A DNA stretch of 64,000 nt from Eledone cirrhosa (GCA_964016885.1 OZ024757.1:33232001-33296000), one strand, 5' to 3'. Positions 26,840 to 58,272 are shown, numbered from the stretch's first letter. Notes: generated from the letters alone by a model not told the origin. Translations and numbers: made by a program.

Positions 26840-28269
26840 ACACCAATTTCTTGTTGAGGATTTCGTCGCAACCTAGATATCAATGGGAGCCGGAATAGTT
26901 TCGCCCGTATTCTCTCCAAACTGTTGAAGAACGTTTGTTTATCCAATGATTGGCAGAAACTGTTCTTATTTCCACATGCTACTCTCCATGAGCCCAACAT
27001 GGAAACCTATCTCTTCACATCTTCTCAAAAACAACAGTTCAAGCTGTTTGACTCCATCCACTGTTCATCTCAGGTCAAGTCAACACGGTTTTGAACATTA
27101 CCAAACCAACAAAAAACTGTCAATGCCGAATTCATCGAATTCGACATAAAAATGGGCTGTTCGCTTCCTTTCTTCTCTGTGTTCCCTCATCCAGCGTAAT
27201 GAAAAAATCCTTGAACGATTGAGAGAGAAAAACAACAATTGGATGACTGCTTACATTCGACCAACTTATCAGGCTATTTAAGAACAAATTTTACCCTGGA
27301 TGACACAAAAAAGGCGATTGCTTCCTTTCCTGCAGGGATTGGCGCTCTACGCCTTCAGCCTCTTAAGAATGGGATCTTCTTGTCGATCGGTGACGCTGGC
27401 CTCGAAATCTTGGAAAATATCATTCAGTTCGTGAATATATTCTCAACTGAGAGAATCGCTCCACTCTATATTTGCCTCTTATTCTTCAGTATGAAACTGT
27501 TCGATTTCGAAAAATGGTGACCGCTACTCCTTTGCAATTCAATGCACTTTGCAACGACTAGCAGCTAAAGTGTGTCTGTCATCGGTCTCAGACAGCTTTT
27601 CTGCAGAATTTCCGGGGGGGGGGGGGGGTTCCGGGTCTAACGTTTGAGGCATTTGGGGAGGCTAGGCCGCTAACACCGAAGTGCTTATCATTGTTGGCTG
27701 CTCGTCTTACTGAGATACCATTATGGTACTCTTTATAAAGGTGCTTAGTTTTTCCAGCGACTTTGTTTCTTGTTATCACTAACGGCATCGCTGCGATTGT
27801 GTTGGCTTGCTTCAAGCGCCTCTTGTTGTGTGTGTGTTTGTAATGACCCCTTTCGATCACGGATGACCATGGGTTGTGCACCTAGGAGTGCCAATATATG
27901 CCAGTCTACCCTATCCACGTCAGCGATGTTGTCCAAAAGAAGGGCAAAAGCCGATACATCTTTGTCCCAGTAACATCGAAACTTATCTATACAGCCGAGT
28001 GAACTAAAACAATATAAAATAAAATATCTTGCTCGATGACACATCGTACCGTCCAGTCCGTGAATCGAACTGTCTAACTATTAAACCACGCCCCTTCATA
28101 CACCGAAACTTTAGTGATTTGCAAAGGTTGACAGGGGAGATAGAACTGTCCATTTTTTCGTTGCTTTTGTCATGTCCGACCCAGATGTATACACACTTTA
28201 ACAGCATTTTAATAAATATTGCATGTACAATTATTGAAAGTGTGTATACATTTTTTTATTCGGACACCC

Positions 28270-28312
<43 letters not shown>

Positions 28313-29330
28313 CATTTTTTTATTTGTCTGTCTATTGCCAACACTCAATGAATAAATAATTGTTTCTACTTTTGGCATAAGGCCAGCAATTATTTCAGTG
28401 TATTACTGGTACTTTATTTTATCGACCCCGTAAGGATGAAAGGCAAAGTTAACCTCGGCGGGATTTGAACTCAGAATGGAACTTTGTTTATCGTCAGTCA
28501 CCTTTTCTGGTCTTTCACCGACAAGGGAGGTAATTAAGTAATAAATGTTTTTTTAGAGTCAGAAATTCTTATTTATTCTAAAAGTTGTACGTCGTAATCA
28601 CGATGAATAATTGTTCCGATATATAAGGCTGTGGTTCCTTACCTTTTCGCTACCAAGAACCCCTTTTTTATTTATTTAAATGAGGTAAGGCGGTTGTTCC
28701 CAACTTTTTCTCTACCAAGAGGCATATTTTTTATTTAAATGAATTTTCTAACAGACCCCACCCTTACTATTGCTCGCCCGTCCCCCAAAGATCGTTATAC
28801 AATGATAATAACAGCTAAAAGAGAAATATTTATACTTAAAGAATGATGGGTAATCAATAGTGTGTGTATATTATCTTTATAACAAAGGGTGATGGATTGC
28901 ATCAGAAAAATGCTTTGTTAACGAGTTCGGTCTGCACCCGCTTTGATGTTGCCATAGCGTGGGCCAGATCCCCTTCCAACCGACACGCCACTCTGAACGA
29001 CATCATCAGAAGGAGCAACGACGCAGCTAGCTTCCCGTCGTAACTGGAACTAACTGGCTTTGACCGTGGTGCTGGTTAGCGTCCCGGCGGAATAACCATC
29101 TTATTCGAAGGAGGTAAATCCCTAATCTGGGATGCGACTTGTTCTCCGCCTCCAGTCTTGTCGCTTCTACCGTCAGCCGTAGGGAGAGAAAGATAACTAA
29201 ATACCGAGGTTTAACTGACCGCTTCTATTTCGTCACTTCTACCTTCACAGACCCCAGTTCTATCATACCTCTCCAGTACTGTCTTCTCGGACACTCCGTG
29301 GATCTGAAACCCCAGGGTGGGACCCACTGA
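26840..29330 (+). mobile_element. Decayed CRE/NeSL-type (REL-endonuclease) non-LTR retrotransposon fragments, interrupted by younger repeats
   Basis: Relic motifs DWQKLFLFPHATL and TKKAIASFPAGIGALRLQPLK (26900-27590). A CCHC/REL region follows: GLHPL*CCHSVGQIP..RHATLNDIIRR..RPGGITILFEGGKSLIWDATC (28920-29150). Confidence 0.7.
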
Positions 29331-29696
29331 TCTATGTATATATATCTAATCCTACCTGAGATATTCTGTCAGCATTTTGTATTTGAACCAGACACGCACA
29401 CATACACAAAAACACACACAGGACATATTCACAGTACACATACGCGGGGCACATACACAGTATACATACACATATACGGTACACACAATATGCCCATAGA
29501 CACAGTACACACCCACACACACATACATATATACGATACACACAATATGCACACACATATATACGATACACAGACACACACACACCCACAGACACAAAAC
29601 ACACACACAGACACAGAACACACACACGTTCTCTCTGTTGTTCTTTAACTGTTTCTTTCTGCATCTTTCAGTGGACCTCTTCTTTGACATTTCCAG

Positions 29697-48723
<19,027 letters not shown>

Positions 48724-49006
48724 AAGAACTGTTCATTTTTAAAAATCTAACATCACTTCATTAAATTACAATAACAAAAAGTTTATATTAACCCCTGACT
48801 TGAATTATTCTTTAAAATCCAACTTCATCAAATTACTAAAAAAAAGTTTATATTAATTCAGTCTTCAGATAATGTGGTTAAAGAGATTGCCTTGCAACCA
48901 CATGACTTCAGATCTGCTCCCTGTGTGACATCTTAAGCAACTATCTTCTATTATAGTCTCAAGTTAACCAATGCCTTGAGTGAAATCTGGGACAGAAACC
49001 CATTTG

Positions 49007-49048
<42 letters not shown>

Positions 49049-49322
49049 TACGTTTGTGTAGAAAATGGGTTTTATTAGGCCACAGCAATGTAAATGGGGC
49101 ATTAAATGTTAAACGATAAAAGATGTAGGAATGTTATGTCCCTTCTCACAAAACAGTATTTTCTACATTTTACACAATGAAGACTACTACAATATGTATG
49201 TGCTTATGTCCTATGACTTAGCAGTTTGACAAAATAAGTGATGCAGTGATCTAACATGGCTGAAGTCTAATAACCAAAACAGGTGAAAGAAAAACAAGGG
49301 AAGTCAATGGTTCTTTTTCACA

Positions 49323-49328
49323 TTTATT
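49323..49328 (-). terminator. RPL36A polyadenylation signal AATAAA
   Basis: AATAAA on the minus strand, 13 nt after the TAA stop. Confidence 0.75.
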
Positions 49329-49341
49329 CATAGGAAACAAT

Positions 49342-52300
49342 TTAAAACTGGATCATCTGGCCCTGAAATTAAAAGATAAAAGAGTTCAGTAAACAGAATC
49401 ACAGATACATGTATATGCATGCAGACATAAGGGTTCCAGTACATTACAATGTTGTCCTAAGACAAAAACAGCAAAATATTTATCAACTAATGAGGGAAAT
49501 AGATTTAATTTTTTTTATGACTTCAAGGCATTGTGGGTGTGAGGGTTTCAAGCAATGATATATATATAGAGGTGGTGGTTTCAGTTTTCCTGCAAGCTCT
49601 CGTGGAAGCAAAGTTGAGTACGGTTTGTTTGGCAGGAGTCAAGGGTACAGGTTGGCATTTAGTTTAGCGTGTTTGCTGAGGGTTAGGAGACTAATTGGCG
49701 CAATAACGGCCTTGTTTACATATGTGTGTACACACACACACACACACACACACTAGAGCAACATTAACACAACCAAAGGGTAACAATAGATATGTAGCAG
49801 GTGATTGCGAGACACCAGTCATTCAACATTAAGAAAGAGGTTGCACTGGGTCCATACGTCTAAATCCTGCAGTTTAATGTCCTTCCATATGTACCATCAC
49901 AACTGACAATGTCAACTGACCAATAGATTATACCAGTCATAATGACTACAGTTGGACACTGATGTACAGGAAGGTATGTCCATAATATAAACAGAAGCAA
50001 TATCAACAATTTTATAAAAACAATTGACAAGCTTTTTAAAGTCCATTTCTCTTGGTAAAAGATGGGGTTAGCTATGCCAGCCCCATGACAATCTTTTTCA
50101 TCATGCCCTATTATCTTAACCTCAAACACTAACCCAATATATCTCATACAAAGGTGACTCCTAGTTCTTCCTGGGAAACAGATCAGCACTTTCGTGAATT
50201 GAGGTTTTACCTTGATAGGTTCTACAATGCCATAGGCAGAACAGGATGTTTAGAGACAAGTTACAGCAGAATGCTGTTCTTGACACCTTCCCCCTTTTAG
50301 TTGCAACATAGTGTACATATTCCAAAGATTGGGATACATGGATGTGTAAAAATATAGATATTATTACTCTTTTATTCATCTGGAATCCATTTAGGTTTCT
50401 GCTTATTGATAAAGTATTTTGAAATGCAGTGTGAATTTCAGGCCTTCCAAAGGATCCTTGTAACATTTGATCACTACATAAGTATATGTTACTTTAGAAT
50501 GCAGGTAAAATTTATAAGGGGAAGGAGTTTTACTGAAAACACTTGATACCAGTAATTACACCAAGTACCACTGGTGTTCTCTCTCTCACAACCAAAGGGT
50601 AACAATATATATGTAGCAGGTGATTGCGAGACACCAGTCATTCAACATTAAGAAAGAGGTTGCACTGGGTCCATACGTCTAAATCCTGCAGTTTAATGTC
50701 CTTCCATATGTACCATCACAACTGACAATGTCAACTGACCAATAGATTATACCAGTCATAATGACTACAGTTGGACACTGATGTACAGGAAGATATGTCT
50801 ATACTATATACAGAAGCAATATCAACAATTTTATAAAAACATGTATAATTGAAATGGGATTCCTCCAAAGGATCTTTGGAGTAACATTCAGGCCCCTGAA
50901 CGTAGTATCCTTGTAAGAAATTTAACTTCAAACTAATCTCTTAATACGAACAATGTTTACACGAGTATATACTTTACTTAAGAATGTGGGTATATATTTA
51001 TGAGGAAAAGAGTTTTATTGTTAACACTTCATACCAATAATTACACCAAAATACCACTAGAATGATGCCCGTCTCTCTCACAGACATATATATACACTAC
51101 GGTCACACTAACACAACCCAACTGAAAAGTCAATAGATGAAGTAATAGAGAGACATTTAAAATAAATGAGAGTTATCAAGTTCAAAATAGTCATAGGTAA
51201 TAGAATGACAGTGGTTATCTATTTATGCACCAGTCCGGACTAAGTAAAAAAAAGAAAAGGACTTTCTTGGCTACTCGATTTTTTTTTTATTGAAAATGCT
51301 ACATAGTAATTATACTAACTACTACCTGGGAGCTCTCACACAAACCAAACTAATGCTAGAAATGTAGCAGGTTATTACGAGACACCAGCCAATAAAATGT
51401 TCTGGGCCCACGCGTCAGAATCCTGCATTTTATGTCCTTCCCCATGTACCATCACAACTGACAACGTCAATGACCATCACGCAAAAACTGGTCATGACTA
51501 CAGCAGGACATGTACTGGAAGGTGTTTTCACACCACGGGATGTTTTGTGACAATGCTTTACAGCAGGATGTCACTTTTTTATGGCAATTTCCCTGCAAAA
51601 GCACTGTTACTGTTTTACTTTTATCTAGCATCCATTTAGGTCTTTGTTTATTGATTTGAGATAGTTAAAAAAAATGAGTTATCAAGTTCATAATAGTCAT
51701 AGGTAATAGAATGACAGCAGTTATCTATTTATGCACCAGAGAAAAGGACTGTTTCTTTGAGGTCCTCTGACAAACGACTTCAATAGACATGTTAGCTACT
51801 AGATTTTTTTTTTATTGAAAATGCTACATAGTAATTATACTAACTACTACCTGGGAGCTCTCACACAAACCAAACTAATGCTAGAAATGTAGCAAGTTAT
51901 TACGAGACACCAGCCAATAAAATGTTCTGGGCCCACGCGTCAGAATCCTGCATTTTATGTCCTTCCCCGTGTACCATCACAACTGACAACGTCAATGACC
52001 ATCACGCAAAAACTGGTCATGACTACAGCAGGACATGTACTGGAAGGTGTCATCATTTTACGTCCACTTTTTCCCTGCTTGCAAGGGTGGGACGGGAACT
52101 GATTCTGGCTTGATTTCTACAGCTGGATGCCCTTCCTAACACCAACCTCATTTACAGTGAGTGCTGGGTGCTTTTTTGCCGTGGCACCTCCACGACCACT
52201 TTGCAGTGGAGTGATATGGACCCCAGTCCCTATCATCTCATTTCTACAGCTGAGTAAACTGGAGCAATGTGAAATAAAGTGTCTTGCTCAAGGAAACAAC

Positions 52301-55300
52301 ACATCACCTGGTCTGAGAATTGAACTCACAACCTTTCGATTGCAAGGCCAATGCTCTAACCACTAAGCCATGTGCCTCCATATATATATAATGTAGCAGG
52401 TTATTACGAGACACCAGCCAATAAAATGTTCTGGGCCCACGCGTCAGAATCCTGCATTTTATGTCCTTCCCCATGTACCATCACAACTGACAACGTCAAT
52501 GACCATCACGCAAGAACTGGTCATGACTACAGCAGGACATGTACTAGAAGGTGTTATCACACCACAGGATGTTTTGTGACAATGCTTTATAGCTGGATGT
52601 CACTTTTGATGACAATTTCCCTGCAAAAGCAGGGATCAATCATTCACTGTTTTACTTTTATCTAGAATCCATAATGGTTTTAGTTTATTGATAGTTTTAA
52701 ACTGCAGTGTGAATTTCAATCCCCCGAAGGAAGTATCCCTGTAATAATTGACCACAGAAATTTAACTTTAAACCAGCCTTCTATATGCCATGTATATATA
52801 AGTATACATTTTACTTAAGAATGTGGGTATATATTTATAATGAAGAAAGGAGCTTTATTGAAAACACTTCATACCAGTAATTACACCAAAATACCACTAG
52901 TGATGTTTGTGTGTCTCTCAAACACACAGACATATATACAATACACAACCAAACTGAAAAGTCAATAGATGAAATAATTGAGATAGTTAAATAAATAAGT
53001 TATAAAGTTCAGAGTGGTTATCTATTTATGTACCACAGTCAGGACTAAGTTTAAAAAAAAGACTTTCTTTGAGGTCCTCTTACAAACGACTTCAATGGAC
53101 ATGTTGGTCAACACCTGGATGGCTGCTATGAGATTTTTTGTATTGAAAATGCTAAATGGTAATTATACTAACTACTACAAGGGAGCTCTCTCACAAACCA
53201 AACCAATGCTAGAAATGTAGCAGGTTATTACGAGACACCAGCCAATAAAATGTTCTGGGCCCACGCGTCAGAATCCTGCATTTTATGTCCTTCCCCATGT
53301 ACCATCACAACTGACAACGTCAATGACCATCACGCAAGAACTGGTCATGACTACAGCAGGACATGTACTAGAAGGTATTTTCACACCAGACACACATACA
53401 TATCCATATGAATAGGTACACAATATCCCTGTGTGATACAAGAAACAGCTAAAAAAATGTTGGTACCAAGAAGGGCATCTTGCTTTGTAAAACATTGTCA
53501 TTGCCCTAAAAAGCCCCAACCCACGTCAGCAGAGTAAAGCTGATGTAAAACAGTGATCTCCACCATCATTTAAGGTCCACTTTTCCACACTATCATGGGT
53601 GAGACAAGTCAGATCAGATGACCTTGTCTTGTTCATACAGAACTGATTCTGGACTGGATGCCCTTCCTAATGCCAACTACATTTACATAATGAGTATATA
53701 CACACACACAAGTATATACATTGGATAGAAATAATCATTTTCCCTCGTGGTTGAAAACCTAACTCGGCTTGAAAACTGATTTTATAGGGAAATCATATAT
53801 TTGGCATGTTTACAAGTGTATATACTCAAAATGTATATACATTTCATTGCAATTTCAGTTACAAACTCTTTTGGTTAGGAAAAGTAAATGGAGTAGGTGG
53901 AGTAAGCATTCTACTAGCTGAGAAGTAATTTAGGTAGTTAGAATAAATGAGAGGTACCAAGCTCAGAATAGTCACAAGTAATAGAATGACAGTGTTTATC
54001 TCTACTTACACAATGCAGTCAAGACCCCTTACAAAGAGCTTCAATATGACAGTAACTTTATCATCTTGGGTGGGAATTTTATTGAAAATACTTCATACTA
54101 GTAATTACACCAAACACCAGGGTGCTTTCTCAAGCACACACACATACCAAACAAACTCCAATATACACAGAGGAATAATGTGTGAATCCTCCATAACCAA
54201 ATCGATGGTAAAATGGGAGGTTGGGTTATATAAGCTATCTAAAGAATATGTTGATTAGTTGCCTCTATAAATAGGGTTTGGATATTTTGCCTATAAAATA
54301 TAGATGATGGCTTTATTCAAGTATATATGCTACACGCACACACTAGAGCAACATTAACACAACCAAAGGGTAACAATAGATATGTAGCAGGTGATTGCGA
54401 GACACCAGTCATTCAACATTAAGAAAGAGGTTGCACTGGGTCCATACGTCTAAATCCTGCAGTTTAATGTCCTTCCATATGTACCATCACAACTGACAAT
54501 GTCAACTGACCAATAGATTATACCAGTCATAATGACTACAGTTGGACACTGATGTACAGGAAGATATGTCCATAATATACACAACACACAATATAGAATA
54601 TATGTATATACATATATATAGATGGCGAATTGACAGAGTTGTCAGAAGGTCGAATAGAATGCTTCAAATCTGTGTTTCAAGGTTGATAAAAAAGGTATCT
54701 GTCTAGTACTGGGGTCGATTCTTCTATATTTATCTCTCATTTCCCCTCTCACTTTCTATCTTTCTCTGGATGAAACCTGCTGTACTCAAGTATGGGCTCT
54801 GCCAGGCTTAATATGCCCAAGAAATGTCCTATGTCAATACAACGCCCCTACGACAATCAAGAGTCATAGGACCATACATACATATATTGTGCTTTACTAG
54901 CGAGCTACAGCAATGCAAATAGGACATTAAATGTTAAAGGTATGTGTAAAGACCACTGGGGATGCATAAAAAGGTGCAGAGCACTTGTAAGAAAGGAAAC
55001 CAAGGAACAATATGGGACAAAGTTATGAAGAATGACCTCAAGAAATGACAAGACCAACCAAGCTGATTGGCAATATGCCATAATACAAAATACATGTCCA
55101 CCAGTACTGCAACATGGATGTGTGCCATACAAAACAAGAGAACTGATGTGATATGGAGAATGACAGAGAACTTTCAGCAGCCGGAACTCTATTTACAGTT
55201 ATCATTTACCATCCCTTTGAACCCCACTACACACAACCCCAACACCTGACATTATTACACTGTTGAATCCAGTTTAGAATATGTACACCATATCTTGTGT

Positions 55301-58272
55301 TGTAAAATGTGACTAAAGGAATCCAACACAGCTAAAGGCTAGCTTGTAGTGTCTCCTATGGTCAGCAGCATTTTAAGGGCATCTACAACCAGCTTAACTC
55401 CTGCCCTAACGTTCATGTTGCTGAACATTATACAAAAGCAGGAAATATAAAATAATACTTGCCTTCTTCTTCTTATCACCTCCAAGTTCAAAATGCTTAC
55501 ACCGTTTAATTGGTAATTGTTTTCTATATTTGCATTCTGTACACTCCATTCGAAGGACAATCTTCTTGGTTGTTTTGGCCTACAGAAAGAGAAAAAAAAA
55601 CAATTATATCAGTGATTGGCTCAGAAGAAATGACAGAACTAAGATCCATTAGATGTGTTGTGTGACCACTGAGGATGATGTCAGCTCAACTGAGCTCCTG
55701 AATGACGACCTCGAGGATGTGCTTCACACAAGACACGTGCTGGATCAACAAAGTGATGAATGTTGATCCAGGAAGACCAAAAAGGACTTGGAAGTATGTC
55801 TGTCAGGATCAAGCTAGGCTTGGCCTGACCCAAGTAGGACCTGAAGACAGAAACACACGGAGCACTGTCAGGCAGGACCCAGCCCTACTTAGGGATTAAT
55901 TTTCCTGCATAATCAAAAACTGGATGATGGTAATAGCAATATGAAAGGCTGGGAGGACTCTTCAGCCAACCTCGCTCGCTAGTTTTGATGAATTACGCGA
56001 TAAGCGCACTCTGTACATTTGGTAAAGTGCTTGGTGATCAAAAGGTTATCACCAGCCGGGCAGCCGATGGCCTGTCCAACCTTTGCTAGCAGGGAAAGTG
56101 ATCGTTAAACGATGATTGGGAGTTTGGCATAGAAAGGAGTTGTAGGTAGTTTTATTAGTACAGCTCACACTTATCTAAGCTAGCCTGACATCTCGAAAGG
56201 GCAAAGCAACGAATCGAACAAATGATCACGAATCCAACTTTCACACGTACACAAGCAAAAAGAAAAAAAAAACAGCAACAGAATTTACATACCTTTTTGT
56301 GGAAAATAGGTTTGGTTTGACCACCATAACCTCTTTGTTTCCTGTCGTAACGCCTCTTACCTACAAAACAGACATTTATTTTAATTCCAACTTTAAAGAC
56401 AAAACGGAATTAAAATCATAAATGACAGCAACCAACAGAACACAAGTGCTCTCCCTTGTTGCCATAAATTACCCTCAATCACTGCACATTTCTAAAGATG
56501 TCCACTAGTAAAGATGCTATAAACATTCGAATTAACAAACCCATTTTTAGATATTTCTTGCTAAAAGTCAATACAGTAGTCCACACGCTAACGTGACATA
56601 AACTAATTGAAATAGGATTTACAGGTCGTAAATATGAAAGTGTTTGTTGCCCTCCAACGATGTTTTGAGTGTTTTAATGAGACCAGCTATTATGAAAAGC
56701 GACGTGAAATAAAGAACACAATTAGCTGCCTGCTCCAGAAATCGAACCAACGGCGTCACGATCGTGAGTCCAACACCCTAACCACTAGAACACACATCAC
56801 TGCCAGTTTGATGCTAGGACAAGGTGTGAAGCAGGACACTCCAAATAAAACAATCTAAAGTTAAACCTACCTTGAGCACATAATGAGGCTTTACCAGCCT
56901 TGTACTGTGAAACCTTATGAAGGGTGTGTTTCCTGCATTTTTTACCTTTGCAATAGGTCCTCCGGGTTTTGGGGACGTTAACCTGCGAGACAAATAAGAT
57001 ATATGTAAATATAAATGCTTGTTTACATCAGTATTAACATGCACTGTATTAAAGCCTCATATAGAGTCAATATTTTAATTACTATTAATGACACCAACAA
57101 TAGATACAGGATAGAGTAGGTGCTTTTTGACGTGGCACCACTACGATCACCTTAGAGGGTAGACTGAGTGCTTAATATTAATAACAATTATCCTAAGGAG
57201 GTGAGAATCCATCCCGATCACCGATTCACGTCCATTCTCCATGCTTACATGAGTGAGACGGGTTATGTTGTTAATCCAGACAAGTTTCGCTTGATTTTCT
57301 ATGACTAGATGCCATTCTTAACGCACATTTCACTGTAATAGCAGGTTTTTTTTACACAACCTCGACAAGCAAAAATATGAACCAGCAACCTATACACAGT
57401 AAATCGATCACCTAAATCAGCAATCGAATAACCCATACCTCACATCATACTCTGAATCCTTTTGATATCAAGCCGTCCCTGATTCTACGATACAAAACTT
57501 TTATATGTAAACGAAATTCACAGCTCACACATGTAAAGGTTTAGCTGGCCTCCTACTATGTTGCATCTCAGATTTCTCCGATGTTTTAATTTAATAATTC
57601 GGGGTCCCCAATCAGAAATCGAAACAGCTACATTAAGATCGAGGGCCAAACACCCTATCTACTAGGCCACATGCCATCAGCGATTGACCAGATTCATTGT
57701 GCATAGGTGTATATATATAGAGAGAGAGAGAGATAGATAGCTAGATAGATAAAGCAAACATACAAAATATTTTTATATATTCAGACAATATTATTCAAAG
57801 CACTCATCCGGTATAAACGAGACAACAGAAAGGTGATCTGTGATGATATTAAATGGATCAGGTTTAATATAAATATTCCTAATTAAGGTAAGCCACGCCA
57901 TGTGGTTAAATGTTAAAATATTCCATCTTACAACTGAAAGTACATTATATATTAATAATATCTATAATCAATAGAAGGTACAACCTATTTTAGGAGAGAA
58001 AAGTACATATTTTTGAATTATTTGGAGACACTTTAAAAGAAACACTAGTTTAAGAATGGAAACAATCCTAATACACAAGTTTTTGATCGCGACAAGGGAT
58101 AACAATCGCGCTTTTAAAACCGTTTGGTGACTTAAAATACACGTAAATTGTACAGAGAGGAACAAAATATATCCATATGTGTTAATAAAAAGTTCAAAGT
58201 AGAAAATATAGTAAAAAATATGCAAGATGGCAAGAGATTAATCCAGAAAATTTACAAACGTGTACTCACCAT
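49342..58272 (-). CDS. RPL36A: 60S ribosomal protein L36a/L44 (eL42), 5 coding exons, 106 aa
   Basis: Exons (minus strand) 58272-58270 (ATG), 56982-56871, 56360-56293, 55579-55463 and 49362-49342. Protein: [106 protein letters not shown]. The last intron is GC-AG. Confidence 0.97.
49790..49975 (-). ncRNA. Candidate H/ACA snoRNA, subtype A copy 1
   Basis: Hairpin CCTTCC..GGAAGG, H box ACATTA, hairpin GCAGG..CCTGC and ACA+3 nt; intronic and sense to RPL36A. Confidence 0.75.
50609..50794 (-). ncRNA. Candidate H/ACA snoRNA, subtype A copy 2
   Basis: Essentially identical to 49790-49975. Confidence 0.75.
51360..51523 (-). ncRNA. Candidate H/ACA snoRNA, subtype B copy 1
   Basis: Hairpin CCTTCC..GGAAGG, H box ACATAA, hairpin GCAGG..CCTGC and ACATTT end. 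Confidence 0.75.
51885..52048 (-). ncRNA. Candidate H/ACA snoRNA, subtype B copy 2
   Basis: Near-identical to B1; one basal-stem change turns a G-C pair into G-U. Confidence 0.72.
52389..52552 (-). ncRNA. Candidate H/ACA snoRNA, subtype B copy 3
   Basis: Near-identical to B1; both boxes intact. Confidence 0.72.
53213..53376 (-). ncRNA. Candidate H/ACA snoRNA, subtype B copy 4
   Basis: Near-identical to B3; both boxes intact. Confidence 0.72.
54380..54565 (-). ncRNA. Candidate H/ACA snoRNA, subtype A copy 3
   Basis: Essentially identical to A1 and A2. Confidence 0.75.
55305..55427 (-). ncRNA. Possible additional unrelated H/ACA-like RNA in RPL36A intron 4
   Basis: Hairpin TCAGCAACA..AGGGCA/TGCCCT..TGCTGCTGA, ANANNA box (ATAGGA), a short second hairpin and an ACATTT end. 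Confidence 0.35.
55700..55875 (+). mobile_element. Old RTE LINE 3' relic
   Basis: [30 protein letters not shown] similar relic lies at about 54930-55080. Confidence 0.55.

Noticed and set aside
51397-52665. Repeated Cys-rich ORFs [17 protein letters not shown].. resembling a toxin or peptide family
   Set aside because: They are antisense translations of the subtype-B RNA copies. The frame is not preserved in subtype A or copy B4, and conservation follows RNA stems and boxes rather than codons.
49790-54565. Reading the repeated units as a CRISPR-like array or as transposon copies
   Set aside because: The locus is eukaryotic, units are 164-186 nt, spacers are homologous to each other, there are no TIRs, TSDs or tails, and no copies occur elsewhere in the window.
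55905-56010. Structured segment in RPL36A intron 3 with a CTGGATGA..GAAA resemblance
   Set aside because: It does not complete a hammerhead (no valid stem II or NUH geometry), lacks H/ACA or C/D boxes on the sense strand, and lies between RTE-derived pieces.
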